This document shows positions 28,245-37,697 of a stretch of DNA of 64,000 bases, one piece after another. Location of the stretch: the sequence record MT161459.1, one strand, 5' to 3'. The number at the start of each line of letters is the position of its first letter. The stretch's first letter is position 1. The position numbers were made by a program, and so were the translations under genes. The notes under the pieces are model-generated. The model worked only from the letters and a program-made list of their open reading frames with translations, was not told the DNA's origin and made no database searches.

Positions 28245-28728
28245 AGAGATCGAACGGAAGTTTGCTGTTAAGGAGGTCCCTCCGGACCTCCCCAATAGCA
28301 TCAAAGCTGAGTTCGTCCAGACGTACGCAGTTGGACTCAGATTCAGATCAAAGGAAGCTAACGGTCACGTTGTATCGTTTGTGACTTACAAAGGTCCAGC
28401 ATCTGAATCTGGAATGACTCGAACTGAGATCGAAAGGGTATGTCCCAACTGGATTGCTAGATTGGTACACCTACTCAGCAAGAAGACGGTACACAAAACT
28501 CGGCATTATTTGCCAATCTACACTAGACGTTTGGGGTTTCCTATACTAAGGTGTGCAGAGCTAGACATCTATCACGGTGCAAACAAAGGTTTGATGACTG
28601 TTGAAGTTGAGCTAGGAGATGAAATCGAGGAGATTAATCCTCCCGACTGGTTTGGCGAAGAGCTGACTGGTATCAAGAAGTACGACAACGCTTCACTGGC
28701 AACCAATCCATACACAACCTGGAACTGA
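28237..28728 (+). CDS. CYTH / triphosphate tunnel metalloenzyme
   Basis: N-terminal EIERKF, KTRH, ELDIY, VEVEL, PDWFGEELT..KKYDN.SLA. Confidence 0.85.
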   Translation: MNKEIERKFAVKEVPPDLPNSIKAEFVQTYAVGLRFRSKEANGHVVSFVTYKGPASESGMTRTEIERVCPNWIARLVHLLSKKTVHKTRHYLPIYTRRLGFPILRCAELDIYHGANKGLMTVEVELGDEIEEINPPDWFGEELTGIKKYDNASLATNPYTTWN

Positions 28729-28730
28729 TA

Positions 28731-29048
28731 ATGAACTCTAATTCAATGACCCGCAATCTTGGTGACATCGGTAAAGTGATCAAACCCGTATTCAAAATGG
28801 GTGGCGTCCAATTCCTGCGCGAAAAATTCATCCGGTTTATGGATGGAAAGTTCAACGAGTGGGAAGCGTACTGCAAAGAGAACGATCTAGACATCCTGAT
28901 CGAGGTCAAAACTGAGATCGAGAAGTTCCGTCACGCCCTCCGCGTCGAAGCTGAAGTAACTAATAAGATGTTCAATCGGACATTGGTCTTTGGTCGCGAC
29001 GAGAGTCTGGAAGAGTTGGCCAACCGTTGGTTCGACGAATACCTATAA
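28731..29048 (+). CDS. Hypothetical protein
   Basis: 105-aa ORF in operon. Confidence 0.65.
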   Translation: MNSNSMTRNLGDIGKVIKPVFKMGGVQFLREKFIRFMDGKFNEWEAYCKENDLDILIEVKTEIEKFRHALRVEAEVTNKMFNRTLVFGRDESLEELANRWFDEYL

Positions 29049-29052
29049 GCTG

Positions 29053-29088
29053 TTGACTTATCCCTGGAGGTAAGAGATCCTTACCTCC
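29053..29088 (+). promoter_or_regulatory. Promoter/hairpin upstream of rIIA
   Basis: TTGACT-N17-GATCCT inside the 9-bp inverted repeat GGAGGTAAG/CTTACCTCC. Confidence 0.45.
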
Positions 29089-29154
29089 TACTTTACTCAC
29101 AATCTGAGGAATACACGATGATAGCAAAACTGTTAAAACTTCAAAGAGGAAATA

Positions 29155-31380
29155 ATGAGACTTCATACTGTCGATACTCCAGTTTATGGTAGTTCAAATC
29201 TGCAAACTACCGGATTCAAGATTGCTACGAGTGCAAAAGCATTTCGAATCCTGAGCTCCAACCTGTACAAATACAAGAAGCGTGCGATCATCCGAGAACT
29301 CTGCTGCAACGCGGTAGACGGTCACGTAGCGCTTGATCTGTCTGGCGTTACTCCAAGATCGACATTTGATGTAACTCTGCCCACAATCTTTGATCAGCAG
29401 TTTAGCGTTCGAGATTACGGTATCGGTCTGAGTCGCGAATCTGTCATGAATCTGTACACTACGTACTTCGCGAGTACCAAGTCTGAGTCTGACGAATTTG
29501 TCGGCGCTCTGGGTCTGGGTTCGAAGAGTCCGTTCGCGTACACCGACACATTCTCTGTGACTTCCTGGTTCGATGGCACCAAGACTACCTACAGCGCGTT
29601 CATCAAAGATGGCGAGCCGAACATCATGGTAGTTCACGAAGAGCCAACTACTGAGCCAAATGGCGTTGAAGTGACGGTTCCGTGCGGTACTAACGATACC
29701 AGCGAATGGATCGAAGAGGCGGAGCGCGTATTCATCAGCTTCGACAAATACCGTCCAAACTTTGTGAACCGGTCGTCCACTGATATCAAGTACATCGATT
29801 TCTCGAAGGATCGAGTCTACGTGACTGATCGGACCAAGGAATACGGTTGTGGTGTGTTCGCTGTGATGGGTGGGGTAGTTTACCCAATTCCGAAGCAGTA
29901 TTGGGATGGATCATTCATCTCTCTGTGGGCAAACGTCAAAGCGTACTACGTGAAGTTTGAGCTCGGTGAGCTGGACATTACTCCGTCGCGCGAAGAGCTG
30001 AGCTTGGATGATGATACCATCGCCAACATCAAAGCTCGCATGGCTGGGATGAACACTAAGTATGATCTGGAACTCGACGAGATCTTTGCAAAGTCTCCGG
30101 ACATCTTTGATCTGCGCCGTCAGCTGTGTTCCAAGTATCCTCACGAGGTTTGGAATCGTATCGTGAACAATCGAGTGTTCAAGGGCAAGGCTATCCACCA
30201 CTGGAAAGAGCAGCACGAGACCTTCATCACCCACGATGCGAAGAATATCGTCGAGGTTACCACTAACTCAGACAATGCTATCCGTCGGACTGAGATGAAG
30301 CAGCGTCATTATCGCAATGGGTCGCCGAGTCAAGGGATCGTGCGGTTGACTGAGAGTTTTGTTCCGGTAATCGTGAACGACATCAAGACTGGCTACAACG
30401 ACATCATTCGCGGTCTGCACGTATTGGGTAAAGTCAACCTCTATGCTGGCAAGGCGTACGTGTTTGATGTGAATGACACCAGACTGATCAATCCGAAAGA
30501 ACCGAAGATTGGGACGTACGGCGATGCTAACACATTCAACCTGAAACGCTATCTGGGGTTCTGGCCGAATCGGATGAAGGTTGGGAAGGTATTCATACTG
30601 TCCCAGATCCGAGATGCGATCAACGCTGAGTTGAAGGCCAAAGGTCTGGAGAAAGTCAAGAAGCCGCGGACTGGTGTCCAGCACAACGTTACTCGCTACG
30701 ATAAGACCGGAGCGGTTGACATCAAGATGTACGCTGAGGACATCGATGAGTTGGATGGAGCTTTCTGGGTGGGTCGCGTGTCTGATAGACCGTGCCAGGT
30801 GACTGCAGTCATGAAGAACGTGACTGATAAGAAGGGCGTAGTGTCTCAACGATATGACAAAGCGACGACTGAATCGATTGCATCGGATCACGGATTTACC
30901 ATTATCCAGCGGTGGTGCGAATTGACCGACAATGTGTGCTATTCATTCCGGAGTCCGCAATTCCGGAGAGCGCTAGCTAACCCAAATATCACGCAAATTC
31001 GCGACATGTTGAAAGAGGATGCAGTGAAGTTCGCCAAGACGCTGACTCCAGATGACGTTCCGATGACCAATATTCCGTCTTGGGTAGCTCGTCTGAATAA
31101 ACATCCGCTGACTCAGCCATTGTATAACAAGCTGATCCAGACACAACCAGGCAACATTGCTTATCTGATCGTTGAGCAGGCAAGTAAGTATATGTACGGC
31201 GATTTCAAGGCACCGCTGGGCACCCTGATTTCGAAGCTGCGACAAACGGCACAAACGTCGACCGGTCAAGTTCAGGCTGATTTCATGAAGAACAACCACG
31301 TGATTTACCGTCTGATGAACAACATCTATGACCTCGACGACAGTACTGCGAAGAACATCGTAGAACTGGCCAAGATCTAA
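29155..31380 (+). CDS. rIIA: RIIA lysis-inhibition protein
   Basis: AFRILSSNLY..K.RAIIREL.CNAVD, DYGIGLS, YFASTK, GLGSKSPF, FELGELDITPSRE.LS. Confidence 0.95.
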   Translation: MRLHTVDTPVYGSSNLQTTGFKIATSAKAFRILSSNLYKYKKRAIIRELCCNAVDGHVALDLSGVTPRSTFDVTLPTIFDQQFSVRDYGIGLSRESVMNLYTTYFASTKSESDEFVGALGLGSKSPFAYTDTFSVTSWFDGTKTTYSAFIKDGEPNIMVVHEEPTTEPNGVEVTVPCGTNDTSEWIEEAERVFISFDKYRPNFVNRSSTDIKYIDFSKDRVYVTDRTKEYGCGVFAVMGGVVYPIPKQYWDGSFISLWANVKAYYVKFELGELDITPSREELSLDDDTIANIKARMAGMNTKYDLELDEIFAKSPDIFDLRRQLCSKYPHEVWNRIVNNRVFKGKAIHHWKEQHETFITHDAKNIVEVTTNSDNAIRRTEMKQRHYRNGSPSQGIVRLTESFVPVIVNDIKTGYNDIIRGLHVLGKVNLYAGKAYVFDVNDTRLINPKEPKIGTYGDANTFNLKRYLGFWPNRMKVGKVFILSQIRDAINAELKAKGLEKVKKPRTGVQHNVTRYDKTGAVDIKMYAEDIDELDGAFWVGRVSDRPCQVTAVMKNVTDKKGVVSQRYDKATTESIASDHGFTIIQRWCELTDNVCYSFRSPQFRRALANPNITQIRDMLKEDAVKFAKTLTPDDVPMTNIPSWVARLNKHPLTQPLYNKLIQTQPGNIAYLIVEQASKYMYGDFKAPLGTLISKLRQTAQTSTGQVQADFMKNNHVIYRLMNNIYDLDDSTAKNIVELAKI

Positions 31381-31385
31381 ATAAC

Positions 31386-31436
31386 TCCGGCTTTTCGAAG
31401 CCGGAAGTTTAGACCACCGAAACGAAGACGTATCAT
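31386..31436 (+). promoter_or_regulatory. Hairpin plus promoter for rIIB
   Basis: TCCGGCTT-TTCG-AAGCCGGA hairpin, then TTTAGA-N17-TATCAT. Confidence 0.55.
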
Positions 31437-31466
31437 AATCAAACAATCCAATAGGAAATCGAGCAA

Positions 31467-32612
31467 ATGAAAACTGTATCTAAAGAACTGCACACCAAGA
31501 TTCTGGCCAAACAAGTTGGTCGTACCGCTCTGGCTAAAGAGCTGAAGATCACCGAGAGCCAAGCTCGCAAGCTGATCGAAGATGTTCGCGCTGGCAAAAT
31601 CAAGCCTGTAGAACCCGTCGTTGTCAAACCTGTTGCCGTACCGCAACCTGTTGCAACCACCAGTCGTCACGAAGCCCAATTCAAAGAAGTTGGCGCCGCC
31701 GTCAAGAAGCGCGATGAAGAAGTCATCAGTCTGTACAAGACCACTTCTATGACCATGGAAGAGATCGGCAAGAAAGTTGGCATTGGTCGCTCCACCGTTG
31801 GTGAGATCCTGAAACGAGCTGGCGTTCCGAAGCGTGGTCCTCAGACTGCTTCAGTTCCGAAAGTCAAAGTGACTGAGGTTCCGTCAGACTCCAAAGAAGA
31901 GGTCAAGTGGGTCATGGGTCCAACCTTCCTGAACATCTACGCCGATGGTCAGACCTTCACCGCCAGCAAGGATCACGCGAACTTCACTGCTGCTGCCAAG
32001 CTGTGTATGGATGGCAAGATTCGTGAAGCTCTGGACAAGATCAACGTGGCCAAAGCTGTTAAGTCATACAGCAAGGGCGACATCAAGATCGATGGCGAGA
32101 CTGTGTCTTACAAAGGTCTGGTAGTGGATCTGGGGATCACCAAGCGTATCATCGCCGCGATGAACGAAGGCAAGCCGTTTGAGAATCTGGTTAACTTCCT
32201 CGAGAAGCTGATGCTGAACCCAAGCTACCGTGCAGTGCAAGAGCTGTTTGGTTTCCTGCAACACAACGACATCGAGCTGACTCCAGAAGGCGACTTCCTC
32301 GCATTCAAACGCGTGAACACCAACTACACCGACTTCTACACCGGCAAGATGGACAACAAACCTGGTGCCAAAGTATCTATGCTGCGCAACACTGTCAACG
32401 AAGACAAAAACCAGACTTGTTCCAGCGGTCTGCACGTTGCTGCGAAGAGCTACATTCCGAAATATCATGGCGGTCAAGGTAAGATCGTTGTATGTCGCGT
32501 CAACCCGAAAGATGTTGTGTCAGTACCGACTGACTATTCAAACAGCAAAATGCGCGTATGCGAATACATCGTCGAGAAAGATGTGACTGCTACTTTCAGC
32601 CACTACAAGTAA
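31467..32612 (+). CDS. rIIB: RIIB protein
   Basis: N-terminal HTH repeats; NPSYRAVQELFGFL, GDFLAFKRV, CSSGLHV, DVVSVPTDY..SKMRVCEY. Confidence 0.96.
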   Translation: MKTVSKELHTKILAKQVGRTALAKELKITESQARKLIEDVRAGKIKPVEPVVVKPVAVPQPVATTSRHEAQFKEVGAAVKKRDEEVISLYKTTSMTMEEIGKKVGIGRSTVGEILKRAGVPKRGPQTASVPKVKVTEVPSDSKEEVKWVMGPTFLNIYADGQTFTASKDHANFTAAAKLCMDGKIREALDKINVAKAVKSYSKGDIKIDGETVSYKGLVVDLGITKRIIAAMNEGKPFENLVNFLEKLMLNPSYRAVQELFGFLQHNDIELTPEGDFLAFKRVNTNYTDFYTGKMDNKPGAKVSMLRNTVNEDKNQTCSSGLHVAAKSYIPKYHGGQGKIVVCRVNPKDVVSVPTDYSNSKMRVCEYIVEKDVTATFSHYK

Positions 32613-32619
32613 TCAACAG

Positions 32620-32647
32620 AGCCGCCTTCGGGCGGCTTTCTTTTTTT
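32620..32647 (+). terminator. Intrinsic terminator after rIIB
   Basis: AGCCGCC-TTCG-GGCGGCT followed by a T run. Confidence 0.85.
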
Positions 32648-32656
32648 GGAGATCGC

Positions 32657-33772
32657 ATGAGATCGATAGACATCAGCGGGTCAACGTACAATAATGGCAA
32701 ACTAATAATTGTCCGCAAACTACCAAAGATTGGAAAGATTTCGTTATACGAGTGTCATTGCACGGAGTGCGCCAAGGATCCAGAGCTTAACGGTCAGGCG
32801 CTGTATAGCATTCGCAAAGGAGAGTTGGACCGAGGTAATATCCCATGTGCTTGTGGACCTCGTGTGAATTGGACGTCCGATCAGTACAAGATTCTACTGC
32901 GCCGTAAGTTGGGCGATGGTGTTGATGTTAATGTCCCTGCTGTTTGTCGCGCAGCGACTAAAATCGAATGCACGTGTAGCGTTTGTCTACACACGTGGCA
33001 CCCGGTTGTCAGCAATGTAATTCATCTCGATAGTGGGTGTCCTAAGTGTGCGGGGAATGCCCCACTCGATGAAACTGAAGTTCGATTCGTCCTGCAGAAT
33101 AGAGGGTTTGATCTGCATAGCGTTGGACCAATTAGGAATAAATCTAAGGTGACTGTATCTTGTCAATATGGGCATACGTGGACCCCAGTTCTGAGCGATG
33201 TGATTAACGGAGGGTGCGGATGTCCAGAATGCGCAGGGAATAAAAAGATATCGGAAGATACTGCTATCGAGACGATAGCTGCAGTATGCAATGCCAATGG
33301 GTGGAAATTCAATGGGTGGAAGACTTCATGGACCGGAGTTGCCACTATCCTGAATCTATCGTGCTCGTGTGGATGTAGTTGGAATCCGTGGTATAGCACC
33401 ATTGCGTCAGGTCGCACTGGATGTCCTAAGTGCTCTAAGAGTGGATTCGATCCGTCATCTCCTGGTTGGGTGTACGTCTATAGGTGGGATCATCCTCAGC
33501 TTCCTCCATTCTTGAAGTATGGTATCACCAACTATCCAGACCAAAGATTGAAGCAACAGTTATCCAAAACAAAACATACGCCAACAAAGCTGCACCTTAT
33601 AGAGTTTGACATCGGATCGGATGCACAGCTGGTGGAGCGTAGTATCAAGAATTTATATCTTCCTATTGGCGCGACCAAGAATGCATTTGCTGATGGTTGG
33701 ACGGAAACTGCTAGCGTCAAGTCCTTGAATGACATAGAGCGTTGTCTATCCATGCACATTGAGCGACAATGA
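32657..33772 (+). CDS. Free-standing homing-endonuclease-like protein, paralog of 21333-22277
   Basis: DPELNG, PCAC, repeated C..GHTW.P....I....GCP.C, CSKSGFDPSSPGWVY...KYGITNYPDQRL. Confidence 0.82.
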   Translation: MRSIDISGSTYNNGKLIIVRKLPKIGKISLYECHCTECAKDPELNGQALYSIRKGELDRGNIPCACGPRVNWTSDQYKILLRRKLGDGVDVNVPAVCRAATKIECTCSVCLHTWHPVVSNVIHLDSGCPKCAGNAPLDETEVRFVLQNRGFDLHSVGPIRNKSKVTVSCQYGHTWTPVLSDVINGGCGCPECAGNKKISEDTAIETIAAVCNANGWKFNGWKTSWTGVATILNLSCSCGCSWNPWYSTIASGRTGCPKCSKSGFDPSSPGWVYVYRWDHPQLPPFLKYGITNYPDQRLKQQLSKTKHTPTKLHLIEFDIGSDAQLVERSIKNLYLPIGATKNAFADGWTETASVKSLNDIERCLSMHIERQ

Positions 33773-33800
33773 GGCTTCACAACAACTGTAGGTATACGAA

Positions 33801-34235
33801 ATGTCAATCTTCCATCTCACCAACTTAGCAACATCCAGTATTCACGCTATCACCCATGTGGGGAATCTGTTCAGTGGCGTCCGCAACTTCCAACTGAAAC
33901 TTGCAGACAACTTCGACGTCAAGACGCCTGGCTTCTACTTCATTGTAGTTGGTGGAGTCGTCAAGCATGTCTCTCATGCCGGTATTCAGAAGCGTCAGAT
34001 TGGGTTCCGTGAGGTATTGAATCGTCTGAACTGCCCCCGCACCCTCCAGAACAGAGATTTCAGCCGTCAGCTGACAAAAGATATGTCAACTTCCGTTGTC
34101 AAAGTATATCATATGAGTTATGCTGCAATCCGCGCTACTCTTCAAATTGATGAGTATAGCGCACAAAACAACGGTTTGCATATGTTGACTTTGCTTCGCG
34201 AGAAGTATACAATCGTTGGCCGTAACCAGTCATAA
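33801..34235 (+). CDS. ndd: Nucleoid disruption protein Ndd-like
   Basis: TPGFYFIV and QIGFREVLNRL resemble T4 KPGFYFLV / KQGFSAVLSHI; between rIIB and 52. Confidence 0.7.
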   Translation: MSIFHLTNLATSSIHAITHVGNLFSGVRNFQLKLADNFDVKTPGFYFIVVGGVVKHVSHAGIQKRQIGFREVLNRLNCPRTLQNRDFSRQLTKDMSTSVVKVYHMSYAAIRATLQIDEYSAQNNGLHMLTLLREKYTIVGRNQS

Positions 34236-34247
34236 GTAAGGAAGAAG

Positions 34248-35546
34248 ATGAAGCTCCGTACAATTTCTAGCATTGTTAACAAAGAGTGTCGCGAATACGT
34301 TGAATATACCGTCGAAGAGCGTGCTCTGCCGAGTATGATCGATGGGTTGAAACCGGTTCAACGATACATCGTGTTCAGTGCGCTGAAAAGTGCAACCAAA
34401 GATTTCAAGAAGATTGCTGCCATTGGTGGGGTCATCTCGGACTTCGGTTATAACCACGGTGAAGCTGCTGCTCTCGGTACAGCTGCTCTGATGGCCAACA
34501 CTTGGACCAACAACTATCCGATCCTTCATGGACAAGGCAACTTCGGGTCTCGGATCGTGAACGATTGCGCAGAGCCGCGATACATCTTTGCAAAAGCTCA
34601 CACCAACTTCTTTGATATGTTCAAAGATATGGATCTGCTGGAACCATCTGCAGTCGCTGGTAGCGATCTGCCAAAGTATTACTTGCCAGTTCTACCGATC
34701 GTTCTTATCAACGGGGTATCTGGGATTGCTTCTGGTTATTCAACCAAGATTCGTCCTCACTCGGTTGAGAGCGTAAAGCGTTGTGTGCAGCAAGTACTGG
34801 ATACTGGCACATGCGACGAGCCGGAGATCAGTTTCCCACAATTCATTGGCAAGATCTCAACCGCTCCTGGCGAGAAGTGGTACATGGAAGGAACTTACGA
34901 GGTTATCGGGAAAACTCGTCTGATTATCAACGAGATTCCGTTGAAGTTTGATCGCGTCAAGTACGTGGCGGTTCTGAACGCGTTGATCGCAAAAGACGTC
35001 ATCCTGCGCTATGATGAGGTTGACGGCGAGGGCAACTTCTGCTTCAAGATCGATTTGAAGCGAGATTTTGACACCAGTCATGCTAATATCGTCAAGACCT
35101 TCAAATTGAAGCAAGGGTTTGGTCAGCACATTAACGTTATCGACGAGAATGGCAAGCTGAAACCTTATCGTAATGCATCCAGTTTGATCGTAGACTTTGT
35201 CAATTTCCGGACTGCCGTTCTCGAGAAGCGGATCGCTAAGAAAATTGTAGACACCAAATCAGATTACGAGTATGCTTACGCGAAAGTAGATTTCATCAAG
35301 AAGGTGATCGCTAAAGAGATCGTCTTTGATGGGAAGACTCGAAAACAGGTTGTAGATATCATCGAAAGCTACGATAATCTCAAAGCTCACTCTAGCGATC
35401 TGGTTCAGATGAACTTGTATCACATGACAGCTGACGAGGTTGCGAAGCTGGAGAGGGTAGCTGCTGACATCGCTAAAGAACACGAGTATTGGAAATCCAC
35501 TACTCCCAAGAAACAATTCATCAAAGACCTAAAGGACATCAAATGA
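34248..35546 (+). CDS. 52: DNA topoisomerase II medium subunit gp52
   Basis: RALPSMIDGLKPVQR, YNHGE, QGNFGSR, AEPRYIF catalytic Tyr. Confidence 0.97.
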   Translation: MKLRTISSIVNKECREYVEYTVEERALPSMIDGLKPVQRYIVFSALKSATKDFKKIAAIGGVISDFGYNHGEAAALGTAALMANTWTNNYPILHGQGNFGSRIVNDCAEPRYIFAKAHTNFFDMFKDMDLLEPSAVAGSDLPKYYLPVLPIVLINGVSGIASGYSTKIRPHSVESVKRCVQQVLDTGTCDEPEISFPQFIGKISTAPGEKWYMEGTYEVIGKTRLIINEIPLKFDRVKYVAVLNALIAKDVILRYDEVDGEGNFCFKIDLKRDFDTSHANIVKTFKLKQGFGQHINVIDENGKLKPYRNASSLIVDFVNFRTAVLEKRIAKKIVDTKSDYEYAYAKVDFIKKVIAKEIVFDGKTRKQVVDIIESYDNLKAHSSDLVQMNLYHMTADEVAKLERVAADIAKEHEYWKSTTPKKQFIKDLKDIK

Positions 35547-35812
35547 GCATTATCTCTTTCTTTCTGCGTGCCAAACGTATCATCCGTCGTGACGTAGAAG
35601 AGGTTCAAGCTGGACCGCGTCTCCTGTCCGACATCATCGGGACCATGGAACAGACTGGCCGCGAACTGGAAGAACGCATCGCGTTTGATAAAGACACCAT
35701 CGTGACTCTGGAAGCTCGAGTTGCAGCTCTGGAAGGCCAGAAGCGCGCCAAGGCATCTGATATCGAACGCGCTGGCCGGATCGTTTCCAAAATCAACGAC
35801 TTTGTAGCATAA
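35543..35812 (+). CDS. Hypothetical coiled-coil protein
   Basis: ATGA overlap with the gp52 stop, AAGGA SD. Confidence 0.65.
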   Translation: MSIISFFLRAKRIIRRDVEEVQAGPRLLSDIIGTMEQTGRELEERIAFDKDTIVTLEARVAALEGQKRAKASDIERAGRIVSKINDFVA

Positions 35813-35814
35813 GT

Positions 35815-36276
35815 ATGCTGCTCGCAACCAAACTGAATCGCCAACTCAAGACGGAGTTGGCGGTCTTCAAAGTAGCACGAAATACGTCTATAGCAGTCAC
35901 CGTCTGGCTGCTGGGAATGGCTTGGGCGGTCGATCCATCGCTTATGTCCAAGATGTACTACATCTCGCTGGCGTTCATGGCAGCCACTACGTTTGGTTGC
36001 ATGGTATACATCGAGCGAACTAGACCGATCAATTGCGGTAACAAGTACGGGGACTTTGTGATCCTGTATCACCTGTCATACAAAACCAGCAAAGAAATGG
36101 GAGAAATCTCGGATCAGGTTGCTGAGGATTGGGATCGACTTCCTACTGCCAAACGCGAAGAAGTAGTTCGAACCCTGACCGGATTCACCGCAATGTCCTA
36201 CGCTGCATGGATTGCGATCCTAGCTTGTGTTCCGGATCTTGTCACTGCGTTGTCTTCTCTGGTAAATGCTGGATAA
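35815..36276 (+). CDS. Hypothetical membrane protein
   Basis: Three hydrophobic segments. Confidence 0.65.
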   Translation: MLLATKLNRQLKTELAVFKVARNTSIAVTVWLLGMAWAVDPSLMSKMYYISLAFMAATTFGCMVYIERTRPINCGNKYGDFVILYHLSYKTSKEMGEISDQVAEDWDRLPTAKREEVVRTLTGFTAMSYAAWIAILACVPDLVTALSSLVNAG

Positions 36277-36446
36277 TGATCACATCGAAACAAATTGCAG
36301 ATCTGGAGATCCAAATGAACACGAACAACTTCGTAGCCAAACACGCTCGCGAATTCAACGTAGCGGTTGTAATGACCGATCGGAAGAAAGAAGAACGTAA
36401 AGGTTCAGCTCGCAAGATGAAACACAAGGGGCGTCAAGAATGGTAA
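36276..36446 (+). CDS. Small basic hypothetical protein
   Basis: NNFVAKHAREFN.AVVMTDRKK; coupled stop/start. Confidence 0.6.
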   Translation: MITSKQIADLEIQMNTNNFVAKHAREFNVAVVMTDRKKEERKGSARKMKHKGRQEW

Positions 36447-36742
36447 TCTACATTCGAGGTAAAGCTGCTTTGATGTTGAATGTGGATCCCGAGACTACAT
36501 GTCTCGGTGATCTGAGCACAAAGCACGCGAAGACTCTGGCCGAACACATCGTTCTCGTTAGGGACAATGGTACAGTCGAGGTCATCAAGAGTCAGTCTGA
36601 CTACATCCGTAGCGTGGGCAACTACTTCGGCATCCCAGAGTTTTTGACCGATCTGGAACAATATTCTGGAGTTCAGTTGACTGGATTTAAAACTGTGTAC
36701 TCAGTATCCGCGGCGTTGAATCACTTGAATACTGGATGGTAA
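36440..36742 (+). CDS. Hypothetical protein (tandem paralog A)
   Basis: IYIRGKAALMLNVDP shared with the next ORF. Confidence 0.65.
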   Translation: MVIYIRGKAALMLNVDPETTCLGDLSTKHAKTLAEHIVLVRDNGTVEVIKSQSDYIRSVGNYFGIPEFLTDLEQYSGVQLTGFKTVYSVSAALNHLNTGW

Positions 36743-36745
36743 CGT

Positions 36746-37060
36746 ATGGACACTACAATCGTCAATACAATATACGTACGCGGTAATCTTGCAGCGATGC
36801 TAACGAGCGATCCACATTCGTTATACTTATTGATGGCATTTCGCGCATCCGATTTTGTATTTGAGGTGGATAACATTGGCTGGCTACACTGCATCAAGGA
36901 TAGGCATTCGATGCACCCGTTATCGTTTGGATCATTTGATGCTGCAATGGCGTACGTGAAGCGGAGTGGCGATCTCCAGCTCAACATCGATTGTGTAGTC
37001 CGATACGATAATCACAAATCACTCCAATCAGCACTCGAAACTGCTGGCAAATCTGCATAA
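36746..37060 (+). CDS. Hypothetical protein (tandem paralog B)
   Basis: IYVRGNLAAMLTSDP. Confidence 0.65.
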   Translation: MDTTIVNTIYVRGNLAAMLTSDPHSLYLLMAFRASDFVFEVDNIGWLHCIKDRHSMHPLSFGSFDAAMAYVKRSGDLQLNIDCVVRYDNHKSLQSALETAGKSA

Positions 37061-37104
37061 CAACAAGAGACAGTTAAAAGGCCCAAAAGGCTTAGGAGAA
37101 TACA

Positions 37105-37365
37105 GTGTTTAAACAACTTTTAGTTACAGGCTCCGTTGTAGAGGCCAATCCGCCTCAGTGGGAAGAAAACGCTGTAAAAGAACCCATTCAAGTTGACCTT
37201 TCCGAATATCAGATGACAGAGGTCAGCATTCTTCTTCAACGCAATCGTCATAACCACGTTACAGCTAGTCTGATGGTGCTTCACGACGGCATCGAGGTTA
37301 GAGTAAAGGGCGATATCAGAGATCACAGCAATTTCACTATCCGTGATCTAGGGTACGAAGTATGA
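37105..37365 (+). CDS. Hypothetical protein
   Basis: AGGAG SD, GTG start. Confidence 0.6.
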   Translation: MFKQLLVTGSVVEANPPQWEENAVKEPIQVDLSEYQMTEVSILLQRNRHNHVTASLMVLHDGIEVRVKGDIRDHSNFTIRDLGYEV

Positions 37366-37667
37366 GCAAGAAGGTAGAGTTACTCAAGGACATAGTTGCT
37401 ACCATCTCTGTCATGGTGAAGCTGGGAGTAGAGGGCGAAGTTCTCGATACCCAAACCAATTTGATCGCGTTTCTGAGCGAAGCTGGTTTCACTACAACTT
37501 CCGGCAAACCGCTCACCCAGATGAATTTCCGTTATATGTTTGGCAGTTGCACTCACGATGAAATCAGAGAGATCCTCAGCGAGTTTAGCGCTCAGCACGC
37601 ATATGACCTCATCGCAAGTATGACTCACCAACGTTCCAACGATGCAGCTGCATCATTGATTGGATAA
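37362..37667 (+). CDS. asiA: Anti-sigma70 factor AsiA
   Basis: DIVATISVMVKL...NLIAFLSEAG....GKPLTQMNFR resembles T4 AsiA; synteny. Confidence 0.85.
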   Translation: MSKKVELLKDIVATISVMVKLGVEGEVLDTQTNLIAFLSEAGFTTTSGKPLTQMNFRYMFGSCTHDEIREILSEFSAQHAYDLIASMTHQRSNDAAASLIG

Positions 37668-37668
37668 A

Positions 37669-37697
37669 GAAAAGCCACTCCTAGGAGTGGCTTTTTT
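37669..37697. terminator. Bidirectional terminator between early and late blocks
   Basis: AAAAGCCACTCC-TA-GGAGTGGCTTTTTT. Confidence 0.85.
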
